Notes: generated from the letters alone by a model not told the origin. A stretch of 32,000 nucleotides of DNA from Candidatus Electrothrix yaqonensis (GCA_047651235.1 CP178758.1:1860001-1892000); one strand, 5' to 3'. Counted from the first letter of the stretch, positions 18,125-26,642 are shown. Translations and numbers: made by a program.

Positions 18125-19648
18125 TCAGTCTTCCGTTGATCCGGATTTTTCCGCTTTCTGTTGATCGGAAAAAAAGTTGACCCAAGATGAAGTTTTTTCC
18201 CGGCCCCAGTCTTTCGGTGGAATATGAGGACCGGCAGCAAGATCGGCAAGTTGTGTCCGGGGGTTCAGGCGGGTATAAAGACGCACCCAGAAACAGAGGC
18301 GTTCCGGGAAGACCTCACATCGCCCTTTATTGCTGCCGCCGCATGGCCCGTTGACCAGCCGTTTGGGGCAATGCCATTGCGGGCAGAGAAAGGCGGACTG
18401 GGCAAGGGTGCAGTCACCGCACATCTGGCAGTTGAAAAACATCCGTTTCACGGTTTTTTCCGTCCACAGCAGGAGATTGAGCCGATACTGCTTCCGGGCG
18501 CAGAACAGGCAGAAACGGGCAAACAGTCTACGGCCGGGACTCCAGCGGGCAAAGAGCAGGGCATGAGCGAGATAATGGATCCGGGCCGAACCCTGCCCGC
18601 TGCCCGGGTGCAGCGGTTTTTCAACAGGTTCTGCACCCCTCCGGCTGTTCTGATAAAAATGCCATGTGCCCTGAATTGGGAAGTCATTGTCCGGAAGCGA
18701 GAAAAGAGATTTTTTTTCCAGCTCTTCAACCCGGTCCAGCACATAAGCAATGTCCTGAAAGCGCAGGCCGATGCCGCCCAAGTGTACTCCTCGGTAACCG
18801 TATTTTTTCAGACGGGCGATCATGGACGCTGCCCTGTCCAGACGTGCTCTGCGTGCCCTGTCGGCTCCGGCAGCAGCTTCCGCCTCCATGCGGGCCAGCA
18901 GTTCCCCGGAAAACAGAATGCCGGGAAGTTTTCCGGCAGCCAATGCCCGCGCCAGAGGCAGTGAGGGAATGAAGACATTGGCAAGCACAGGCAGCTCAAC
19001 AGGCTGTCGGCGGAGGAAAATCGTCAGTTCTTCAAATTTGCGCATATCAAAGCCGACCTGGGTGATAATAAAATCGGCACCGGCCTTGATCTTGCGCAGC
19101 AGTCTGGCATACTGCCAGACCTGTTCCGCCTCAGTGTATTTAAACGGGGAGACAATACATCCTTTCAGAATGACCGGGGTGGGGTACTGGTCCTGATGCT
19201 TTCCGCTCCTGTTCGGGTAACGGCCGTTCTCCATATCTGTGAGGAGCTGCAGAGTCTGCATGGTGTCCAGATCATAGACCGGCTTACCCTGTCCGTAATA
19301 TCCGCGATTGGGAAAGTCGCCCCCCAGTACGAGCAGGGAGCGCAGGCGTAGGCGCTGGTAAAGATAGATATGGCTGCCTATTTGGCTTCGGTTCTTATCC
19401 TTCAGGGAAAAATGAATGAGCGGTTCGATTCCGATTCTCAGCAGTTCCGTCCCGATGGCCACCGGCGCCAGGGACGGATTGCCGCCGGGATTATCCGTAA
19501 TGGACAGGGCCTTGATTCTGCCGTCCGCCTTTGCCTGTTCGGCAAATCGAAGCAGTCGGTTCACATGCTTGCCGGCAAACCCCTGACGGGGTACCAGCTC
19601 ATAGGTGATGGTGAACTTATCCGGGTCGTTCAGGGCGGTCCGCAGCAT
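18125..19648 (-). CDS. metF: Methylenetetrahydrofolate reductase fused to a C-terminal MetV-like Cys-rich (MTHFR_C) domain
   Basis: 507 aa. The N-terminal ~300 aa resemble an MTHFR TIM barrel (YELVPRQG..., ITDNPGG, ADFIITQ). The C-terminal part carries CQMCGDCTLAQSAFLCPQWHCPKRLVNGPCGGS, which matches the MetV/MTHFR_C pattern. Confidence 0.7.
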   Translation of the reverse strand: MLRTALNDPDKFTITYELVPRQGFAGKHVNRLLRFAEQAKADGRIKALSITDNPGGNPSLAPVAIGTELLRIGIEPLIHFSLKDKNRSQIGSHIYLYQRLRLRSLLVLGGDFPNRGYYGQGKPVYDLDTMQTLQLLTDMENGRYPNRSGKHQDQYPTPVILKGCIVSPFKYTEAEQVWQYARLLRKIKAGADFIITQVGFDMRKFEELTIFLRRQPVELPVLANVFIPSLPLARALAAGKLPGILFSGELLARMEAEAAAGADRARRARLDRAASMIARLKKYGYRGVHLGGIGLRFQDIAYVLDRVEELEKKSLFSLPDNDFPIQGTWHFYQNSRRGAEPVEKPLHPGSGQGSARIHYLAHALLFARWSPGRRLFARFCLFCARKQYRLNLLLWTEKTVKRMFFNCQMCGDCTLAQSAFLCPQWHCPKRLVNGPCGGSNKGRCEVFPERLCFWVRLYTRLNPRTQLADLAAGPHIPPKDWGREKTSSWVNFFSDQQKAEKSGSTED

Positions 19649-19684
19649 TTTTTTTGCCCAACACTCTTCCGGCAGACTTCTGTG

Positions 19685-20206
19685 TTACGGAAAGACAATT
19701 TCAACCTCTGTGTTGCTTAACTTCCTGACCCGGATATTTTCTTTGAAATATTTTCCGACCCCCTTGATGAGACCGACCAGAAAATCAATCAGCCCCCTGG
19801 GAGATTTATACGTCATGATCAGAGTCCTGCTGTCCCTCCATTCATAGTCGAATCTGGGAGGGTGGGCGTTCGGGATAGTCGAGGTCACGGTTTCATGAAT
19901 CTGATCCATGCTAAGGAGTAACTCCTTAGCCGAGGTTGCCTCCTGCAGATAGGCTCCGTATATTCTGGGAGCATAGACATTGACCCAGTAGTCACCAAAA
20001 GCGTCAGCTGCCTGCAACGGAGTAATGTTCAGGACCTTGCAGACAGAGGCAACAACCTTGAGCACGGTCTTATCTTCAACCATATTGGTTGCGGAAAAGA
20101 TGGCATGTCTGTCCAATCCGGCATCTTCCAAGGCATCTTCCCATTTGTCCCTTCCGAAGTTATCTTTGACCAGTCCTGCCAGACAGGTTGCTATGACGCC
20201 TTTCAT
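19685..20206 (-). CDS. Stand-alone H-NOX (haem-NO/oxygen binding) sensor protein
   Basis: I trimmed the start to the Met at 20206, which is preceded by AAAGGAGGAGTC. The product is 173 aa. It has an MKGVI N-terminus, candidate proximal His104 (MDQIHETV), Pro117 at His+13, and the haem-propionate motif Y133-x-S135-x-R137 (YKSPR). Confidence 0.85.
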   Translation of the reverse strand: MKGVIATCLAGLVKDNFGRDKWEDALEDAGLDRHAIFSATNMVEDKTVLKVVASVCKVLNITPLQAADAFGDYWVNVYAPRIYGAYLQEATSAKELLLSMDQIHETVTSTIPNAHPPRFDYEWRDSRTLIMTYKSPRGLIDFLVGLIKGVGKYFKENIRVRKLSNTEVEIVFP

Positions 20207-20243
20207 GACTCCTCCTTTTTGCTTCAGGTACCCGATGCAGCAC

Positions 20244-20268
20244 AGCATCAGACGGATAACCTGATGCT
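20244..20268 (-). other. Perfect 8-bp inverted repeat (AGCATCAG-N9-CTGATGCT) overlapping the stop codon of the sigma54 regulator gene and preceding H-NOX
   Basis: Read directly. It sits in the 60-bp gap between the two co-directional genes. On the minus strand no U-tract follows. Confidence 0.3.
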
Positions 20269-21658
20269 ATTTCTTTTTGCGCTGCAGATTGTATTTCTTC
20301 ATCTTGTACTGCAGCAGACTCTTGGTGATCCCCAGTTTTTCGGCCGCTCTCGCCTGCACGTTATTGGCCTCTTCCAGGGCCTGACGGACCAGTTTCTCTT
20401 CAATGCCGTTCAGTACTTCGGAAAGGGTCAGGCCCTCCGGGATAAACTGGGCCAGCTCAAGACCGGAACTCCATTCCTGAAAACCCGGCATCTGGGTGCT
20501 GTCGGGCTGCACATCGTCTGCCGCGATACAGCTGTCGCTGCAGAGGATCGCGGCCCGTTCAATGGTATTTTCCAGTTCCCTGATATTGCCTTCCCAGGGC
20601 AGAGTGACCAGCAGCCGCATGGCCTCCGGTGAAATCTCAATTTTTTCCTGTCCGAGCTGTTCTGCGTTTTTCTGGAGAAAGTAATGAACCAAGGGAGGAA
20701 TATCGTCCAGCCGTTCCCGCAGCGGCGGCATGTGGATGTGGATGACATTGAGGCGGTAGAACAGGTCATTTCTGAATTTACCCTGTTCCACCTCGTCTTT
20801 CAGATCTTTGTTGGTGGCGGTGAGGATACGGACGTCTATGCCGATGGTTGTATTGCCGCCCACCCGTTCAAAACTCCGTTCCTGGAGAACCCGCAGCAGT
20901 TTGGCCTGAAGCGAAGGAGCCATTTCCCCTATTTCGTCAAGAAACAGGGTGCCGGTGTCTGCCAGCTCAAAACGGCCCTTGCGCATGGCAGCCGCATCGG
21001 TAAAAGCGCCTTTTTCATGGCCGAACAGCTCGCTTTCCAGCAGATGCGGAGAGAGCGCGGCGCAGTTGACCGAGATAAACGGTGCCTCCCTGCGCTCACT
21101 CAGATCGTGGATGGCACGGGCGACCAGTTCCTTGCCGGTGCCGGATTCCCCGGTGATCAGGACAGAGGACGGCGTGGGCGCAACCTTTTCAATCAGCCGG
21201 TAGACCTCCAGCATCCTGGAATTTTTACCGATCATGCCGCTGAAGCCGGACTTGAACGTTGCCTCGCTGCGCAGCCGTTTGATTTCTCGGACTAGGCCGT
21301 AATGCTCCACCGCCTTCTGGGCGGCAGCCAGCAGCTCCTCGTTGGAAAAAGGCTTGGCAAGGTAGGTGAAAGCGCCGAGATGCATGGCCTCAACCGCTTT
21401 GCCGACCTCGGCATAGGCTGTGACCAGAATGACCGGGAGCTGCCGGTTGAACTCTTTTATTTTACTGAGGAGTTCGATGCCGTCCATACCGGGCATCTTC
21501 ATGTCGGTGATCACCAGATCAAGGTCGGCTTCCCGCACGGTTCGCAGACCGGCATGACCGCTGTCCGCAGTAAACACCTCATAGCCCTCATCACGCAAAA
21601 GTTCAGAAAGGACAATCAGATAATTCGGTTCGTCGTCAACAACAAGGATAGAGTGCAT
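20267..21658 (-). CDS. NtrC-family sigma54-dependent response regulator (REC, AAA+, HTH_8) with a non-canonical GAFTDA loop
   Basis: I trimmed the start to the Met at 21658 (MHSILVVDDEPNY). Motifs: [28 protein letters not shown] (not GAFTGA), LFLDEIGE, and a C-terminal HTH (RAAEKLGITKSLLQYKMKKY). Confidence 0.9.
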   Translation of the reverse strand: MHSILVVDDEPNYLIVLSELLRDEGYEVFTADSGHAGLRTVREADLDLVITDMKMPGMDGIELLSKIKEFNRQLPVILVTAYAEVGKAVEAMHLGAFTYLAKPFSNEELLAAAQKAVEHYGLVREIKRLRSEATFKSGFSGMIGKNSRMLEVYRLIEKVAPTPSSVLITGESGTGKELVARAIHDLSERREAPFISVNCAALSPHLLESELFGHEKGAFTDAAAMRKGRFELADTGTLFLDEIGEMAPSLQAKLLRVLQERSFERVGGNTTIGIDVRILTATNKDLKDEVEQGKFRNDLFYRLNVIHIHMPPLRERLDDIPPLVHYFLQKNAEQLGQEKIEISPEAMRLLVTLPWEGNIRELENTIERAAILCSDSCIAADDVQPDSTQMPGFQEWSSGLELAQFIPEGLTLSEVLNGIEEKLVRQALEEANNVQARAAEKLGITKSLLQYKMKKYNLQRKKK

Positions 21659-21680
21659 AATTTTCAGAAAGGATAAAGGT

Positions 21681-22613
21681 TTACAGGGGCGGAACAGAGT
21701 GAACGTCTTCCGGTTGTCCGGCCGGATGCAGTTGCGGAAAACCGCTTCTGCCGCTGCCGAATTTACTCCTATCAAAATATTGCAATCGCTCAAGGAGTTC
21801 AACCATTATTGAGTCCGGCGGACAGATACCGCCCTCTCCGCCCGCAAAAACATGACCGTGCCTGCTGCCGTGATAATCACTGCCTCCAGTGCAGAGCAGG
21901 TTGTACTTTCCTGCAACCTCCTGTAATCGCTTTCTCATTTTTCTGCTGTGCGCAGGGTAATAGACTTCTACGCCGTCAAGTTTTTTTTCTTTCAGCTCCT
22001 GAATAATAGACGGTTGTTTTCTCATGCTGTTGTCAAGCATCCCCGGATGGGCAAGCACAGCCAAGCCTCCGGCCTGATGAATAACTGCAATGGCTTCTGC
22101 TGCCGAACAGGTGCGGCGCGGACACCAGGCCGGTTTATTTCTGCCGAGATAAAGGGAAAAAGCCTGCTGGACACTGCGCACATATCCTTTTTTTTGCAGC
22201 ACCCCGGCGATGTGGGGCCTGCCGGTTTGGCCGCATGAGGACATCTGCGCGACTTCCTGTTCACTGACGGCAAATCCCATCTCGGCGAGCTTGGCGATAA
22301 TTTTTTGGTTGCGCGCAATACGGCCTTCCTGGAGCCGGGCCAGCCATTCGAGGAGGTCCGGGTGCTCCGGGTCAAAGCCGTATCCCAGAATATGCAGAGA
22401 GTACGCCCCATGACGGGCGCTGATTTCAAGCCCGCTGACCACTGTTACACCGTGCTCACGACCGAGCCGCATGGCCTCCCGGACGCCCTCAACCGTATCA
22501 TGATCTGTCAGGGCAAAGCCCTGCAGCCTGCGGGCAGCAGCCATGCTGATCAGCTCGGCCGGACTGGCGGTGCCGTCAGAGTAGACAGAATGGGTATGCA
22601 GATCAACACACAT
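21681..22613 (-). CDS. PHP-domain metal-dependent phosphoesterase (TrpH/YciV-like)
   Basis: Motifs: MCVDLHTHSVYSDGT, AHPG, GGSDYHG. 310 aa. Confidence 0.8.
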   Translation of the reverse strand: MCVDLHTHSVYSDGTASPAELISMAAARRLQGFALTDHDTVEGVREAMRLGREHGVTVVSGLEISARHGAYSLHILGYGFDPEHPDLLEWLARLQEGRIARNQKIIAKLAEMGFAVSEQEVAQMSSCGQTGRPHIAGVLQKKGYVRSVQQAFSLYLGRNKPAWCPRRTCSAAEAIAVIHQAGGLAVLAHPGMLDNSMRKQPSIIQELKEKKLDGVEVYYPAHSRKMRKRLQEVAGKYNLLCTGGSDYHGSRHGHVFAGGEGGICPPDSIMVELLERLQYFDRSKFGSGRSGFPQLHPAGQPEDVHSVPPL

Positions 22614-22698
22614 CAGCCTGCACTCCGGCTCTGATCAACGGCCCGAAAACAACAGGGATATTTCGATTTTTTTTGGGGAACATAAAGGACCATAGTTT

Positions 22699-22715
22699 CC
22701 CCGGCAGAGCCGGGG
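22699..22715. terminator. 7-bp GC hairpin (CCCCGGC-aga-GCCGGGG) downstream of the peroxidase gene
   Basis: Read directly. It lies 31 nt beyond the stop at 22746. The flanks are T-rich 5' and A-rich 3' on the minus strand, so it is not a canonical intrinsic terminator for that strand. Confidence 0.35.
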
Positions 22716-22745
22716 AAAAGTTTTCTTCGCCTGCTCAAATGAACT

Positions 22746-23741
22746 TTAATCAAACGGTTGCGGACGCGGTGTTTTCTCGGTTGACGGCGGCAGAATGGGC
22801 AGCAGGAATGTCGGCTGCTCACCGGTCAATGTCTTGAGAAACGCAACAATCTGCGCGTTCTGCTCATCAGTGAATTTCGCGCCCAACTGCAGGCGTCCCA
22901 TGATATCAACTGCCTCGGTCAGGGTTTCCGCCTCGCCGTCATGGAAGTACGGATAGGTCAGCTCAACATTGCGCAGCGTGGGAACCTTGAAGGAAAAGCG
23001 ATCCTCGTCCTTGCCGGTCACAGCCTTCCGGCCTTCTGCAGGGCTCTTTGCCTCGTATTCCTCCATAACGCCCATTTTCTGGAACGAGCTGCCGCCCATC
23101 GCGGTTCCATAATGACAGGAGATGCAGCCGGAATCTTGAAACAGTTTGTATCCGGTCAGTTCCTCCTCGGTCAGGGCATCTTTGTCGCCCAGCAGCCATT
23201 GATCAAAACGGGAGTTCGGGGTAACCAAGGTTTTTTCAAATTCGGCAATCGCACCGGTCACCTGATCGATCTCGACTTTATCTGTACCAAAGACCTGTTT
23301 GAACTCGGTCACATAGGTAGGAATGGATTCCAGCACACCAATTGCCAGATCATGGGTAAAGGCCATCTCACCGGGGTTGGCAATAGGGCCGCCCGCTTGA
23401 TCCTTCAGGGTTTCAGCCCGTCCGTCCCAAAACTGGACAAAGTTCAGGCTGGAGTTGAGTACGGTCGGCGCGTTGATAGGCCCTTTCTGCCAATTATGCC
23501 CGATGGAAGTTTTCAGGTTATCCGTACCGCCCATGCTCAAGTTATGGCAGGAATTGCAGGAAATAAATCCTGATTTGGACATCCGGGGATCAAAAAAGAG
23601 TTTTTTGCCTAATTCGGCCTTGGCCAAATTGATTTCCTTTACCGGTGCAATGGGTTCGATGGGTTCCGCCGCTGTTGTGCTGCCTGCCGCAGCCAGAACT
23701 GAGACAAACAGCAACGAACACACTCCTGCTTTTACCTGCAT
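22746..23741 (-). CDS. Di-haem cytochrome c peroxidase (CCP/MauG family), periplasmic
   Basis: It has a signal peptide and two CxxCH sites (CNSCHN, CISCHYG). The FWDGRA, PTLRNV and YFHDG signatures are present. 331 aa. Confidence 0.9.
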   Translation of the reverse strand: MQVKAGVCSLLFVSVLAAAGSTTAAEPIEPIAPVKEINLAKAELGKKLFFDPRMSKSGFISCNSCHNLSMGGTDNLKTSIGHNWQKGPINAPTVLNSSLNFVQFWDGRAETLKDQAGGPIANPGEMAFTHDLAIGVLESIPTYVTEFKQVFGTDKVEIDQVTGAIAEFEKTLVTPNSRFDQWLLGDKDALTEEELTGYKLFQDSGCISCHYGTAMGGSSFQKMGVMEEYEAKSPAEGRKAVTGKDEDRFSFKVPTLRNVELTYPYFHDGEAETLTEAVDIMGRLQLGAKFTDEQNAQIVAFLKTLTGEQPTFLLPILPPSTEKTPRPQPFD

Positions 23742-23806
23742 TTTTCTCCTCCTGTTGTAGTTTAATTTACCGAGTATTTAAGTAAAAAGATTTGAACTAT
23801 GAGAAT

Positions 23807-23835
23807 ATTCTATCTGAGAAGCAGAGACAAGTCAA
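23807..23835 (-). promoter_or_regulatory. Candidate sigma70 promoter for the peroxidase gene (TTGACT-N17-TAGAAT on the minus strand)
   Basis: The -35 is the reverse complement of 23830-23835. I counted the spacer as 17 nt. The -10 is the reverse complement of 23807-23812. It lies about 65 nt upstream of the ATG at 23741, which has an AGGAGGAG SD. Confidence 0.45.
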
Positions 23836-23939
23836 ACAGAACAGACATTTCTGCCGATGATAAGGAGAAGAGAAAGGTGAACCGGGATATTTCTTGCCTG
23901 AACCGAAAAAACTGTCAGCAGGGTGGATTGAGCGGTCCG

Positions 23940-25274
23940 TCAGACAGAACTCGACCGGGTGTCCTGCAGCAGTGCCACGGTTTCAATATGAGCAGTCTGG
24001 GGGAACATGTCCACGGGAATTAGGCGGGCAACGTTGTATCCTGCTGTCTGGAGAGTGCGCAGGTCACGGGCAAGGGTGGCAGGGTTGCAGGAAACATAGA
24101 TGATCTTTTCCGGCTGCAGGGCCGGAAGCAAGGCTGCTGCTTTGCCGATTCCGGTTCGCGGCGGGTCAAGCAGGATGAGGTCGGCCTGCTGTCCCTCCTC
24201 TGCCAGCTGATGCAGACTGCTGCTGACATCAGCAGCAAAAAAACCGGCCCTGATTCCGGCCAGCTCAGCATTCTGTTCAGCCTGGAGCACACTTTCCCGA
24301 CTGCTTTCAATGCCTGTGACGGTTCCGCCGCACAGGCCCAGCGGAACAGAAAAATTGCCCATGCCGCAGTAGAGGTCGAGCACGGTTTTTCCCTGAAGAT
24401 CTCCGGCAAGGTTGCAGACCAGCCGGATCAGCTGCTCATTCTGGCCGGGATTGACCTGGGAAAAGCAGCCGCCGGACCAGAACAGGGAACAGCTTTTTCC
24501 GGTAAACCCGACAAACTTATCCAACGAAATCTGCTGATGCAGCGGTTGTTGTTGTCTTTCCGGAGCAATATATCGGAAACCCTGCCGTGAAATCCAGCCG
24601 ATTTGATCAACGATTTGATCGATACAGAGGCTTCCGGCAACTGCCCGGAGTGCAGCGGCAGGCGGCTTTTTCTGCTTTGCCGGGCGAAGAACAAGGGTGA
24701 TTTTTCCGTCAGCAGGCGACTGCAGCAGTTCGATTTCCGGGCAGATTCCGGCCAAGGGTTGCAGTGCACCGGTTTCATTCAGCCTGGCCAGAGCGGAATT
24801 GATGCGCTCCGCTGCTGCCGGACAGCGCTCAATCGGGACAAGCTTGTTGCTCTTTTTTCTGAAAAAACTGAGCTGCCCTGCAGGGCTGATTTTCAGGCGC
24901 AGGCGGTAACGATAGCCCCATTGTGCCGGAGACGGAACCGTATCCTCTGCACCGCTGAAGGGCACACCGGCCCGCTGCAGGGATTCCTCGACAATCTCCT
25001 TTTTGATCCGCAGCTGCTCCGCATAATCGGCATGCTGGAGGTCACAGCCGCCGCATTCCCCGTAGACCGGGCAGCGGGGCCGGATTCGGGCAGGAGAGGG
25101 GGTGATGATCCTGAGCAGTTTGCCCTCCAGGTAACCGGATTTTTTCCCGGTCTCCCGCAGTTCCACAACTTCGCCCGGCAGAGTCAGGCCGGACATGATG
25201 ACCTGTCCCGATGCTGTCCGGGCCAGTCCTTTGCCGCCGCATATAATTTTTTCTGTCGTTACCGTATGTTTCAT
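23940..25274 (-). CDS. rlmD: RlmD/RumA-type 23S rRNA (uracil-C5)-methyltransferase (TRAM, Fe-S cluster, SAM MTase)
   Basis: It has an N-terminal TRAM-like region and a Cys cluster (CPVYGECGGCDLQH). The SAM motif reads VLDLYCGMGNFSVPL. DPPRTG and the catalytic YVSCNP are present. Confidence 0.8.
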   Translation of the reverse strand: MKHTVTTEKIICGGKGLARTASGQVIMSGLTLPGEVVELRETGKKSGYLEGKLLRIITPSPARIRPRCPVYGECGGCDLQHADYAEQLRIKKEIVEESLQRAGVPFSGAEDTVPSPAQWGYRYRLRLKISPAGQLSFFRKKSNKLVPIERCPAAAERINSALARLNETGALQPLAGICPEIELLQSPADGKITLVLRPAKQKKPPAAALRAVAGSLCIDQIVDQIGWISRQGFRYIAPERQQQPLHQQISLDKFVGFTGKSCSLFWSGGCFSQVNPGQNEQLIRLVCNLAGDLQGKTVLDLYCGMGNFSVPLGLCGGTVTGIESSRESVLQAEQNAELAGIRAGFFAADVSSSLHQLAEEGQQADLILLDPPRTGIGKAAALLPALQPEKIIYVSCNPATLARDLRTLQTAGYNVARLIPVDMFPQTAHIETVALLQDTRSSSV

Positions 25275-25379
25275 GTTGTATAATATTTAAGTATGAAAGA
25301 ATGCAGCAGTGCTGCCGGGCGGAGTCAGGTGAAAGAAAGTGAAATGATACAGATGCAGGCAGGAACATCATGTTGTCTG

Positions 25380-25408
25380 TTGACGGCAGCAGCAGCCGGT
25401 GCTACAGT
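25380..25408 (+). promoter_or_regulatory. Candidate sigma70 promoter for the tat genes (TTGACG-N17-TACAGT)
   Basis: Hexamers and the 17-nt spacer were counted directly. It lies about 75 nt upstream of the ATG at 25484. Confidence 0.35.
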
Positions 25409-25483
25409 GGTTTACTGTCCTGCTGCAACTCTGCGGGTACGTTTTTACTGCTTATTGAATAAACTGTAAAGAGGTGAGAGAAT

Positions 25484-25669
25484 ATGTTCGGACTCGGAAT
25501 GCCTGAACTGATTATTATACTGGTCATTATTGTTATTATTTTCGGCGCCGGCAAACTGCCTGAAATCGGTTCCGGCATCGGCAAAGGCATTAGAAATTTC
25601 AAGGATGCCACCAAAAGTGATGATGACCCAAAAACCCTGGAAGACAACAAGAGCGGTAACGAGAGCTGA
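25484..25669 (+). CDS. tatA: Twin-arginine translocase subunit, TatA/E family
   Basis: 61 aa. [42 protein letters not shown] is the canonical TM helix, FG hinge and amphipathic helix. The SD is GAGGTGAG. Confidence 0.9.
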   Translation: MFGLGMPELIIILVIIVIIFGAGKLPEIGSGIGKGIRNFKDATKSDDDPKTLEDNKSGNES

Positions 25670-25737
25670 GATTTCCGTTACCGGTTCAATGCTATACGAG
25701 AGCAATGCTATAGAGAGCGTAAAGGAGAACAGCTGTT

Positions 25738-26001
25738 ATGTTTGGACTCGGAACCCCTGAACTTGTCGTTATTCTCGCCATTGCCTTTCTGCTGTTCGGC
25801 GGAAAAAAGCTGCCTGAAATCGGCTCCGGCCTCGGCAAAGCCATCAGTTCCTTTAAAAAAGGTCTGCATGATGTCGAAGATGCCGCCGGTCTCGGAGAAG
25901 TAACTGAGGTAACCAAGAGCCTCCCCGGCGTGCGTGAAGTCACAGCGGTGCAGGAAAAGATTGATAAAGCGAAAGGTATCAGCAAAGCGCTGACAAAATA
26001 A
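25738..26001 (+). CDS. Second TatA-family paralog (longer, possibly TatB-like in function)
   Basis: 87 aa. [42 protein letters not shown] is followed by a longer acidic/amphipathic tail. Confidence 0.85.
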   Translation: MFGLGTPELVVILAIAFLLFGGKKLPEIGSGLGKAISSFKKGLHDVEDAAGLGEVTEVTKSLPGVREVTAVQEKIDKAKGISKALTK

Positions 26002-26086
26002 CCGGACCCCCCGATATCGCCCGCCGCTGCTCTGGCAGCTCCTGTCCTGCAGATCGGGGTTCCGGCCCCAAAACCGAATTGCCCCG

Positions 26087-26125
26087 GTAGGGCCACAGCA
26101 CACCGTGTCCCTACGAATCCTTGTT
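26087..26125 (+). terminator. Weak terminator candidate after the tat genes
   Basis: GTAGGG/CCCTAC plus three inner pairs (one mismatch) are followed by gaatccTTGTTTT. The structure is imperfect. Confidence 0.3.
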
Positions 26126-26165
26126 TTCCAAGATTGTTTAAGGCAAACTTTTGCAGAGACTTGCT

Positions 26166-26642
26166 TCATAACGGTTTGCTCGTATAAGTAAGATCTGCTC
26201 CTATAAAATCCGTTCCTCTAACATTTGCTCCTTTAAAATTAGCCCTTCTAAGATCTGCTCCTTTAAAGTCCGCTCCCATCAGGTTCGCCCCTCTAAGGTC
26301 TGTTTTTTCAAACTTTGCTTTTCGAAAATTTGCTCCATAAAAATCCTGTCGATAAAGAATGTATTCAGACAAATCCAAAAATCCTAACAAATGCAAAGCA
26401 AACATATTTTCCGGTCCTTGCCTCTGCCCTCTCAATCGTGCAATCCATTCTCCAAAATCAATATCTGATTCCAGATTTAATCTGGAAACTTGCTCTGTAA
26501 TTTCCGCGATACTGTAGTGAATGGCAAGCAAAGCTGTTTCCGCATTTCGGGCCAACCGAAGATGCTCCTTAAAGCCTTTGCTCAAGAACTCATCAGGAAA
26601 GGGTAGCCCTTGATTGATGGTGTAACTGAGCAGCCCACGCAC
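26166..26642 (-). CDS. Pentapeptide-repeat protein (separate ORF or frameshifted C-terminal module of the NACHT protein)
   Basis: 158 aa from a GTG start at 26642. The C-terminal half is tandem A(D/N)LXX-type repeats: GANFRKAKFEKTDLRGANLMGADFKGADLRRANFKGANVRGTDFIGADL. The start overlaps the upstream stop by 1 nt (TAGTG). Confidence 0.8.
   Translation of the reverse strand: MRGLLSYTINQGLPFPDEFLSKGFKEHLRLARNAETALLAIHYSIAEITEQVSRLNLESDIDFGEWIARLRGQRQGPENMFALHLLGFLDLSEYILYRQDFYGANFRKAKFEKTDLRGANLMGADFKGADLRRANFKGANVRGTDFIGADLTYTSKPL

Noticed and set aside
18224-19196. + strand ORFs of 246, 102 and 124 aa
   Set aside because: They are antisense to the MetF-MetV gene and have no motifs.
19649-20266. 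Search for a sigma54 -24/-12 promoter in front of H-NOX or metF
   Set aside because: Neither short gap contains a GG-N10-GC arrangement with TGGCAC/TTGC-like flanks on the minus strand.
20244-20280. Reading the AGCATCAG/CTGATGCT hairpin plus the following T-run as a + strand intrinsic terminator
   Set aside because: No + strand gene lies upstream. The T-run is simply the complement of the Lys codons (KKK) at the regulator's C-terminus.
20105-21676. + strand ORFs of 175, 203 and 124 aa
   Set aside because: They are antisense to the H-NOX and sigma54 response-regulator genes.
22613-22822. 69-aa - strand ORF spanning the peroxidase/PHP intergenic gap
   Set aside because: It overlaps the 3' end of the peroxidase gene out of frame and has no SD or motif.
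22941-23573. 210-aa + strand ORF
   Set aside because: It is antisense to the cytochrome c peroxidase gene, which has both CxxCH sites.
24603-25283. 226-aa + strand ORF
   Set aside because: It is antisense to the RlmD-like methyltransferase gene.
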